A stretch of 64,000 nucleotides of DNA, from assembly GCA_003963365.1 (NCBI GenBank), contig RXJG01000004.1, positions 691,842 through 755,841 of the forward strand, written 5' to 3'. Every line of letters starts with the position of its first letter. Position 1 is the stretch's first letter. Shown here piece by piece: positions 28,967-36,398 of this stretch. Origin of the DNA: Sphingobacteriales bacterium (GTDB lineage Bacteria > Bacteroidota > Bacteroidia > Chitinophagales > Chitinophagaceae). The position numbers and the translations under genes are program-made. The notes below the pieces were generated by a model. That model worked only from the letters and a program-made list of their open reading frames with translations, ran no database searches and was not told the DNA's origin.

Positions 28967-29680
28967 GTGGACAATCAAAATATAGTTATACGTGTAGCCC
29001 ATAGTGGCGATACTCATTTTGCAATAGCCATTACAGATGAAATGGCTTCTTCCGCACAGGCAAGAGGAACTGGCATTGCCAAACGTACACCTGAATATGT
29101 TGCCGAAAAGATGAAAGAAGGAAAAGCTGTTATTGCTTACACCAAAGATGGCGACTGGGTTGGTTTTTGTTATATAGAAACCTGGAGTCATGGTGAATAT
29201 GTAGCTAATAGCGGGTTAATTGTTGCTCCTGTGTTCAGAAAGAGCGGAGTAGCCAAAGCGATTAAGAAAAAAATATTTGAGTTATCAAGAGAAAAATATC
29301 CTGATGCCAAATTGTTTGGTTTAACAACCGGACTGGCGGTGATGAAGATCAACAGTGAGTTGGGCTACGAGCCGGTAACCTATTCTGAACTGACTCAGGA
29401 CGAAGCTTTCTGGGCGGGTTGTAAAAGTTGTGTAAACTATGAGATACTAATGAGCAAAGACCGAAAGAATTGTATGTGTACGGCTATGCTGTTTGATCCC
29501 AAAGATCACTACAAACCAGAAGAGACTAAGCAATATTTTGAGGAAAACAAAAAAGGCTTTGAACGTTTATTGAAGTTTAAGCAGTGGAAGTTATTAAAGC
29601 CTTTCCTTAAAAAAGATAAAGATGAAAATGGAAATCAGCTCAAAGGAAAATCAATATTCCAGGTTTTTTTCAATTTATAA
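28967..29680 (+). CDS. GNAT-family acyltransferase at the head of the arg operon; presumed glutamate N-acyl (acetyl or succinyl) transferase
   Basis: GTG start and a GNAT core (VAPVFRKSGVAKAIKKKI). It occupies the first position, as in Bacteroides arg clusters. Confidence 0.7.
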   Translation: MDNQNIVIRVAHSGDTHFAIAITDEMASSAQARGTGIAKRTPEYVAEKMKEGKAVIAYTKDGDWVGFCYIETWSHGEYVANSGLIVAPVFRKSGVAKAIKKKIFELSREKYPDAKLFGLTTGLAVMKINSELGYEPVTYSELTQDEAFWAGCKSCVNYEILMSKDRKNCMCTAMLFDPKDHYKPEETKQYFEENKKGFERLLKFKQWKLLKPFLKKDKDENGNQLKGKSIFQVFFNL

Positions 29681-29689
29681 TTTTCCCCA

Positions 29690-30886
29690 ATGAAAAAAAT
29701 AGTATTAGGATTTAGCGGTGGACTGGATACAACTTATTGCGTTAAATATCTTAGTGAAGAAAAAGGTTATGAAGTACACAGTGTGATTGTAAACACCGGT
29801 GGTTTTAGTGAAGACGAATTAAAAAAGATAGAAGCACATGCTTACAAGTTGGGTGTGAAAACACATACGACAGTAAATGCGGTGAAAGGATATTATGACC
29901 GCATCATCAAATATCTCATTTACGGAAACTGTTTAAAGAATAATACCTATCCGCTCAGTGTATCTGCCGAACGTTTAAGCCAGGCATTGCATATTGCAGA
30001 ACATGTAAAAGCTTTAAATGCTGATGCAGTAGCTCATGGCAGCACCGGTGCCGGTAACGACCAGGTAAGGTTTGATATGATTTTTCATATCATGATTCCA
30101 GGTGTGGAAATTATTACTCCTATCCGTGATTTAAAATTGAGTCGTGAAGAAGAGATTGCTTATTTGAAAAGCAAAGGTGTGGAGATGAATGCCGAAAAAG
30201 CAATGTATTCTATCAATAAAGGATTGTGGGGAACAAGTGTGGGTGGTAAAGAAACATTATCCTCCAAAGGAATGTTACCTGAAGCAGCATGGCCAACCCA
30301 GGTAACTAAAACAGGAAGTGAAGAAGTAAAGCTGAGTTTTGTAAAAGGGGAATTGAAAGCGGTTAATGATAAAACATTTGACCATCCTGCTGATGCAATA
30401 CAATATTTACAATCTATTTCCGGTCCTTATGGTGTGGGCAGAGATATACATGTGGGAGATACCATCATTGGTATTAAAGGAAGAGTTGGATTTGAAGCAG
30501 CAGCACCAATGATTATCTTAAAATCACATCATGCACTGGAAAAACATGTGCTTACCAAATGGCAGTTGCAATGGAAAGATACTTTAGCTCAATTCTATGG
30601 TAACTGGATGCATGAAGGACAGATATTAGACCCGGTGATGAGAGATATTGAAGCATTCCTGGAAAATAGTCAGCAGAATGTAACGGGTGATGTGTTTGTC
30701 AATCTTCAGCCATATCGTTTCCAGGTGATCGGTATTGAAAGCAAGTATGATCTGATGAGCAGTAAGTTTGGTAAATACGGTGAAATGAATACTGGATTTA
30801 CTGGTGAAGATGTAAGAGGCTTTAGTAAAATATTTGGTAATCAAACAAGGATTTGGGAAGCGGTGAATAAAGAAAATAAGAAATGA
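29690..30886 (+). CDS. argG: argininosuccinate synthase
   Basis: MKKIVLGFSGGLDTTYC ATP-PPase motif. Confidence 0.95.
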   Translation: MKKIVLGFSGGLDTTYCVKYLSEEKGYEVHSVIVNTGGFSEDELKKIEAHAYKLGVKTHTTVNAVKGYYDRIIKYLIYGNCLKNNTYPLSVSAERLSQALHIAEHVKALNADAVAHGSTGAGNDQVRFDMIFHIMIPGVEIITPIRDLKLSREEEIAYLKSKGVEMNAEKAMYSINKGLWGTSVGGKETLSSKGMLPEAAWPTQVTKTGSEEVKLSFVKGELKAVNDKTFDHPADAIQYLQSISGPYGVGRDIHVGDTIIGIKGRVGFEAAAPMIILKSHHALEKHVLTKWQLQWKDTLAQFYGNWMHEGQILDPVMRDIEAFLENSQQNVTGDVFVNLQPYRFQVIGIESKYDLMSSKFGKYGEMNTGFTGEDVRGFSKIFGNQTRIWEAVNKENKK

Positions 30887-30948
30887 GGAATGTGGAATAA
30901 GGAATGAGAAAGTGTTGGTTTTATTTTCTCATTTGACATTTCTTATTC
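30887..30948 (+). repeat. inverted heptad arrays forming an imperfect hairpin between argG and argC
   Basis: The array GGAATGT GGAATAA GGAATGA GAAAGTG begins just after the stop. AATGAGAAA (30903-30911) pairs with TTTCTCATT (30925-30933). GAATAAG (30895-30901) pairs with CTTATTC (30942-30948). Confidence 0.7.
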
Positions 30949-30974
30949 TTTATTTCTAATTTAATAAAACAAAC

Positions 30975-31952
30975 ATGAATATTAAAGCAGGAATTATTGG
31001 TGGGGCTGGCTACACTGGTGGAGAATTAATCAGGTTGCTGATTAATCATCCGGCTGTTGAGTTGACTTTCATTCACAGCCGCAGTAATGCCGGCAAACCT
31101 GTATATACTGTTCACCAGGATTTATTGGGTGAAACAGAACTGACTTTTTCGGGTGAGTTGAATAATGATATTGATGTATTGTTTTTGTGTTTGGGACATG
31201 GCGAATCCAAAAAATTTTTGTCAGAGAATAATATTGATGGAAAAATAAAAGTGATTGACCTCGCCAATGATTTTCGCTTAACTCACAGCTCACAACTCGG
31301 AACTCGTAGCTTTATTTATGGTTTGCCTGAATTAAATCGTGATGCTATTAAATCAGCCCACAATATTGCTAATCCCGGTTGTTTTGCTACCGCTATTCAG
31401 CTTGGATTGTTACCGTTGGCAAAAGCAGGGTTATTAAGTGATGTATATACAACCGGTATCACCGGCTCAACAGGTGCCGGACAAAGTTTATCATCCACTT
31501 CTCACTTCAGCTGGAGAGCCAATAATATACAAGCCTACAAAACATTAACGCATCAACACCTGGGAGAAATAGGACAATCATTGATGCAATTACAATCAGC
31601 AGGTGATGTGAAAGTAAATTTTGTACCGTGGAGAGGTGATTTTACAAGAGGGATCTTTATCAGCTCACAAATTCATTGTGAAGAACAAACAGGAGAATTG
31701 CTTGGTCTGTACAAAGCGTTTTATGCCGGTCATCCGTTTACGCATATTACAACAGAACCTGTTTTTTTAAAACAGGTGATGAATACGAATAAGTGCATCA
31801 TTCAACTGGAGAAAGTGGGCAGCATTTTAGTAGTGCATTCAGTAATTGATAATTTATTAAAAGGCGCCAGCGGACAAGCCGTACAAAATATGAACCTGTT
31901 GTTTGGACTGGAAGAAACAGCAGGATTGAAATTGAAAGGAACGGCGTTTTAA
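30975..31952 (+). CDS. argC: N-acyl-gamma-glutamyl-phosphate reductase
   Basis: GAGYTGGELIRLL Rossmann motif and the active-site region NPGCFATA. Confidence 0.9.
   Translation: MNIKAGIIGGAGYTGGELIRLLINHPAVELTFIHSRSNAGKPVYTVHQDLLGETELTFSGELNNDIDVLFLCLGHGESKKFLSENNIDGKIKVIDLANDFRLTHSSQLGTRSFIYGLPELNRDAIKSAHNIANPGCFATAIQLGLLPLAKAGLLSDVYTTGITGSTGAGQSLSSTSHFSWRANNIQAYKTLTHQHLGEIGQSLMQLQSAGDVKVNFVPWRGDFTRGIFISSQIHCEEQTGELLGLYKAFYAGHPFTHITTEPVFLKQVMNTNKCIIQLEKVGSILVVHSVIDNLLKGASGQAVQNMNLLFGLEETAGLKLKGTAF
31281..31315 (+). repeat. 35-nt heptad block inside the argC coding sequence
   Basis: ACTCACA GCTCACA ACTCGGA ACTCGTA GCTTTAT. It matches 42464-42497 at 28 of 34 positions. Confidence 0.7.
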
Positions 31953-31976
31953 GTTGTAAGTAAAAAGTTTTAAGTA
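31947..31976 (+). repeat. left inverted heptad array flanking the four-helix-bundle gene
   Basis: AAGTTGT AAGTAAA AAGTTTT AAGTAAT. It is complementary to the array at 32327-32361. Confidence 0.75.
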
Positions 31977-32333
31977 ATGCAAAACTATAAAGACCTTAAA
32001 GTTTGGGAAAAGGCTCATGATTTTACACTTAAAATCTATGATGTCACTAAAAATTTTCCTAAAGAAGAAGTTTATAGTTTAACAAATCAATTACGAAGAG
32101 CTGCTTCATCTATCCCGGCAAATATTGCGGAGGGATGTGGTAAAAACTCACAACTGGATTTTGCCAATTTTCTAAATATAGCATTAGGGTCTGCAAATGA
32201 AGCTGAGTACTATATTATTCTTTCGAAAGATTTAAAGTATCTATCAGTGGATGCACATGAGGAGATGTTTAAAATAATTAATGAAGTTAAAGCGATGCTT
32301 ATAGCTTTGATAAATAAAGTCAGGGCTACTTAA
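31977..32333 (+). CDS. four-helix-bundle protein (23S rRNA intervening-sequence protein / Avd-like family)
   Basis: 118 aa with the family hallmarks DLKVWEKAHDF, QLRRAASSIPANIAEG and ALGSANEAEY. Confidence 0.8.
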   Translation: MQNYKDLKVWEKAHDFTLKIYDVTKNFPKEEVYSLTNQLRRAASSIPANIAEGCGKNSQLDFANFLNIALGSANEAEYYIILSKDLKYLSVDAHEEMFKIINEVKAMLIALINKVRAT

Positions 32334-32361
32334 TACTTAAAACTTATAACTTAAAACATAA
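32327..32361 (+). repeat. right inverted heptad array flanking the four-helix-bundle gene
   Basis: TACTTAA TACTTAA AACTTAT AACTTAA AACATAA. Confidence 0.8.
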
Positions 32362-33539
32362 TGAATTTATTCGACGTATATCCATTAAACGACATCACCA
32401 TCGTAAAATCAAAAGGCTCTTATGTGTGGGATGATAAAGGCGAACAATATTTAGACCTCTATGGTGGCCATGCTGTAATCAGCATTGGTCATACACATCC
32501 GCATTGGGTACATAGAATAGAAGAGCAACTGGAAAAAATTGCTTTTTATTCTAATTCCATTCGAATTCCATTACAACAACAGTTAGCAGAGAAGCTGGGA
32601 AAGGTTTCTGGTAAAGAAGATTATCAATTGTTCCTTTGTAACAGCGGTGCGGAGGCAAACGAAAATGCTTTGAAGCTGGCATCTTTTCACACCGGTAGAA
32701 AAAAGATTGTTGCTTTCAGTAAATCATTTCATGGAAGAACATCACTGGCAGTATCTGCAACCGATAATAAAAATTATATCGCACCCGTTAATGAAACCGA
32801 TAATGTGCTTTTTGTTCCGTTCAATGATGAGCAGGCTTTAGCAGATTGCTTTAAGAAGAATGGTAAAGAAATAGCGGCAGTAATTATTGAAGGCATACAG
32901 GGTGTTGGCGGTATTAATGTGGCCGAGAATTCTTTCTTGCAAAAGATTCGCCAGTTATGTGATGAGCATGGGGCAGTTTATATTGCAGACAGTGTTCAGT
33001 GTGGTTATGGAAGAAGCGGTAAGTTTTTCAGTCATGATTTTGCCGGTGTAAGTGCTGATATTTATACCATGGCTAAAGGAATGGGAAATGGTTTTCCTGT
33101 GGCGGGTATTATTATTGCTCCTCACATTAAACCAAAGCATTTTCAGTTAGGAACAACATTTGGTGGCAATCACCTGGCTTGTGCGGCTGCATTGGCTGTA
33201 TTGGAAGTAATTGAAGAAGAAAAATTATTAGGTAACGCTGCTACGGTTGGTTTCTATTTAAGAGAAGAGTTGAAAAAGATTCCTCAACTGAAGAATGTAA
33301 GAGGAAAAGGGTTGATGATTGGTTTTGATGTTCCGGAAGAGTTGAAGGATTTAAAAAAGAATTTACTATTTAATCAAAAGATATTTACAGGTGAAGCAAA
33401 ACCCAATGTAATTCGTTTGCTGCCTTCATTAGCATTGCGTAAAAGAGATGCAGAACAATTTATTGAAGCTATTAAAGAAGAAATCGCTTTGCTCATCGGA
33501 GAACAGGAAGTTGAAGTGAGTGACACAACTCAAGCTTAA
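32361..33539 (+). CDS. argD: acetyl/succinyl-ornithine aminotransferase (class III PLP)
   Basis: Class III aminotransferase pattern, including GGHAVISIGH, CNSGAEANE and the PLP-lysine region TMAKGMGNG. Confidence 0.9.
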   Translation: MNLFDVYPLNDITIVKSKGSYVWDDKGEQYLDLYGGHAVISIGHTHPHWVHRIEEQLEKIAFYSNSIRIPLQQQLAEKLGKVSGKEDYQLFLCNSGAEANENALKLASFHTGRKKIVAFSKSFHGRTSLAVSATDNKNYIAPVNETDNVLFVPFNDEQALADCFKKNGKEIAAVIIEGIQGVGGINVAENSFLQKIRQLCDEHGAVYIADSVQCGYGRSGKFFSHDFAGVSADIYTMAKGMGNGFPVAGIIIAPHIKPKHFQLGTTFGGNHLACAAALAVLEVIEEEKLLGNAATVGFYLREELKKIPQLKNVRGKGLMIGFDVPEELKDLKKNLLFNQKIFTGEAKPNVIRLLPSLALRKRDAEQFIEAIKEEIALLIGEQEVEVSDTTQA

Positions 33540-33577
33540 TAGTAATTCATTCGCTGGTAACATAAAACTCAAATAGA
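33501..33577 (+). repeat. intercistronic module, copy A (overlaps the argD 3' end and precedes argF')
   Basis: AAGTGAGTGACACAAC..AAG..AATAGTAATTCA..TAACA.AAAACT.AAAT is shared with 43647-43718, matching at 39 of the first 49 positions. Confidence 0.7.
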
Positions 33578-33579
33578 AA

Positions 33580-34533
33580 TTGAAGAATTTTATTTCTGTT
33601 CATGATGTAAGTAATATCAATGCGCTTGTTGAAAAAGCATTGGAGTATAAAGCCAACCCTTTTAAGGATAAAGCACTGGGTGCAAATAAACGTATAGGAT
33701 GTTTATTTCTGAATCCCAGTATGCGTACGAGGCTGAGTACACAAATTGCTGCACAGAACCTGGGAATGGAAGCGATTATTTTTAATGTAGGAAGCGAAGG
33801 CTGGGCACTGGAGTTTGAGGAAGAGGCCATCATGAGTGGTAATACCGTTGAACATGTAAAAGATGCTGCACCTGTTATGGGAAAATATTTTGATGTGCTG
33901 GCGATAAGAACTTTTCCTTCGTTAAAAAACCGGGAAGATGATTATAGTGAATTGTATATTAAACAATTTATAAAATATGCCGGCATTCCGGTGGTGAGTT
34001 TGGAAAGTGCTACACTGCATCCATTACAGAGTTTGACAGATGTAATTACGATTAAAGAAACGTTTAGGGAAAAACGTAAACCAAAAATTGTTTTAACATG
34101 GGCGCCACACGTAAAACCTTTGCCGCAATGTGTGGCCAATAGTTTTTCTCAGTGGATCAATGCATGGGGTGAAGCCGATTTTGTAATCACTCACCCGGAA
34201 GAATATGAGCTGGATGAACAGTTTACTAAAGGTGCGACCATCACACACAAACAAAACGAAGCATTAAAAGATGCCGATTATGTGTATGTAAAAAACTGGA
34301 GCACCTTTAATGATTACGGAAAAATTTATTGTAATGACCCTGAATGGATGCTGACACAGGAAAAATTAAAATTCACCAATAACGCTAAAGTAATGCACTG
34401 TTTGCCGGTGAGGAGAAACGTAGAGTTGAGTGATGAGATACTGGATAGTGCCAGCAGCATAGTAACACAGGAAGCATCCAACAGGGTGTGGGCAGCACAG
34501 GCTGTGTTGAGTGAAATTTTGAATGCTAAATGA
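33580..34533 (+). CDS. argF': N-acyl-L-ornithine carbamoyltransferase, argF' type (probably N-succinylornithine-specific)
   Basis: TTG start. Motifs SMRTR, HPLQ and HCLP are present. The N-terminus MKNFISVHDV resembles that of B. fragilis argF', recalled from memory. Confidence 0.8.
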   Translation: MKNFISVHDVSNINALVEKALEYKANPFKDKALGANKRIGCLFLNPSMRTRLSTQIAAQNLGMEAIIFNVGSEGWALEFEEEAIMSGNTVEHVKDAAPVMGKYFDVLAIRTFPSLKNREDDYSELYIKQFIKYAGIPVVSLESATLHPLQSLTDVITIKETFREKRKPKIVLTWAPHVKPLPQCVANSFSQWINAWGEADFVITHPEEYELDEQFTKGATITHKQNEALKDADYVYVKNWSTFNDYGKIYCNDPEWMLTQEKLKFTNNAKVMHCLPVRRNVELSDEILDSASSIVTQEASNRVWAAQAVLSEILNAK

Positions 34534-34547
34534 TGAATGTTGAATGG
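34520..34547 (+). repeat. heptad array TGAATGC TAAATGA TGAATGT TGAATGG
   Basis: It spans the argF' stop and the argB start. The same TGAATGC TAAATGC word recurs at 48598. Confidence 0.8.
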
Positions 34548-35335
34548 AGTCATTATTTGTAATAAAGATTGGCGGGAATATCGTTGATGATGAAAATAAA
34601 CTTTCTTCATTTTTACAATCATTTGCACAATTAAAAGGAAGAAAAATATTGATTCATGGAGGTGGTAAAGTGGCCACTAAGATTGGAGATAAGTTGGGCA
34701 TAGAATCAAAATATGTGGATGGAAGAAGAATAACAGATGCAGATACAATTGATGTAGTTACGATGGTGTATGGCGGACTGGTAAATAAAAAAATTGTAGC
34801 AAAACTGCAGGCCAGTGGTTGCAACGCCATTGGTGTAACAGGTGCAGATGCCAATTTGATTCCGGCTACAAAAAGGCCCGTGAAAGAAATTGATTATGGT
34901 TTTGTGGGAGACGTTAAAAGTTCACGGTTGACTGTTGACAGCTGGCAGTTATTATTGAATAGTGGTTTAACCCCGGTTGTCGCTCCGTTAACACATGATG
35001 GTAAAGGACAAATTTTAAATACCAATGCCGATACGATGGCGCAGGAAGTAGCCAAAGTGTTGAGCACTGTCTATAATGTAGAATTGATTTATTCTTTTGA
35101 AAAAGCAGGTGTATTGCTGGATGCCAATGATGATGCAACGGTTATTGCTACAATAAATCCTTCCTCTTATCAGCAAATGAAAGCAGAACAAAAAATATTC
35201 GCCGGCATGATTCCTAAGCTGGATAATGCTTTTGCTGCATTAAACAGTGGTGTTAAGAAAGTAATCATCGGTAAAGCAGAGAGTTTGTCAGAATTAATTA
35301 CAGGCGCCAGTGGAACAAGCATCGTAAATGAGTGA
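34544..35335 (+). CDS. argB: acetylglutamate kinase family
   Basis: FVIKIGGN start and amino-acid-kinase fold motifs. Confidence 0.9.
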   Translation: MESLFVIKIGGNIVDDENKLSSFLQSFAQLKGRKILIHGGGKVATKIGDKLGIESKYVDGRRITDADTIDVVTMVYGGLVNKKIVAKLQASGCNAIGVTGADANLIPATKRPVKEIDYGFVGDVKSSRLTVDSWQLLLNSGLTPVVAPLTHDGKGQILNTNADTMAQEVAKVLSTVYNVELIYSFEKAGVLLDANDDATVIATINPSSYQQMKAEQKIFAGMIPKLDNAFAALNSGVKKVIIGKAESLSELITGASGTSIVNE

Positions 35336-36398
35336 TCACCTTACGATATTACAATCTTCGGCAATCAGCCTTTTAAAGGAATTGATTGCTACACCTTCTT
35401 TCAGTAAGGAAGAAGACCAAACGGCTGGTATCATCTGCCGGTTTTTAGGAGAAAGAGGAGTTGTACATTATCGTTCCGGTAATAATGTGTGGGCAAAGAA
35501 TAAATTTTACGATGTCAATAAACCAACTATCCTGCTCAATTCACATCACGACACCGTAAAGCCCAACAAAGGATATACACTCGACCCATTTTCTCCAATA
35601 GAAAAAAATGGAAAATTATTTGGATTGGGCAGCAATGATGCCGGAGGTTCATTAGTGAGTTTGATAGGTACTTTCTTATATTATTACAATAAACAGGATT
35701 TAAGCTATAATCTCATTATAGCAGCAACAGCGGAAGAAGAGATAAGTGGCACAGGTGGAATTGAAGCTCTATTACCCGAATTAGGAAAGATTGATTGTGC
35801 TATTGTTGGTGAACCTACTCAAATGCAAATGGCAGTTGCTGAAAAAGGTTTACTGGTATTAGATTGCATTGCCCATGGCAAAGCTGGTCATGCTGCAAGA
35901 GAAGAAGGTGAGAACGCCTTATATAAAGCAATGAAAGACATTGAATGGATTTTATCGTATAAGTTTCCTAAAGTATCTGACTTACTTGGTCCGGTGAAGA
36001 TGAGTGTAACCGTTATTGAAACAGATAATAAACAGCATAATGTTGTGCCGGCTCAATGTAAGTTTGTGATTGATGTAAGGGTGAATGAATTATATACCCA
36101 TGAAGAAATTATAGAAACAGTAAGGCAGCACATTCAAAGTGAAGTGAAGCCAAGAAGCACCCGCTTGCGTTCTTCTTCAATTTCTTTGGAACACCCGTTG
36201 GTGAAAGCAGGGATTAGTTTGGGAAGCACTTACTACGGTTCGCCCACTACTTCAGATAAAGCATTGATGCCATTCCCGGCGTTGAAGATGGGTCCCGGCG
36301 ACAGTGCAAGAAGTCATACAGCTGATGAGTATATTTATGTGGATGAAATAAAGAATGGGATTGATTTGTACATTCAACTTTTAAACAAGGTATCATGA
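35328..36398 (+). CDS. argE: M20-family deacylase (acetyl/succinyl-ornithine deacylase)
   Basis: M20 metal ligands (NSHHDTV, AEEE) and an 8-nt overlap with argB. Confidence 0.75.
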   Translation: MSDHLTILQSSAISLLKELIATPSFSKEEDQTAGIICRFLGERGVVHYRSGNNVWAKNKFYDVNKPTILLNSHHDTVKPNKGYTLDPFSPIEKNGKLFGLGSNDAGGSLVSLIGTFLYYYNKQDLSYNLIIAATAEEEISGTGGIEALLPELGKIDCAIVGEPTQMQMAVAEKGLLVLDCIAHGKAGHAAREEGENALYKAMKDIEWILSYKFPKVSDLLGPVKMSVTVIETDNKQHNVVPAQCKFVIDVRVNELYTHEEIIETVRQHIQSEVKPRSTRLRSSSISLEHPLVKAGISLGSTYYGSPTTSDKALMPFPALKMGPGDSARSHTADEYIYVDEIKNGIDLYIQLLNKVS

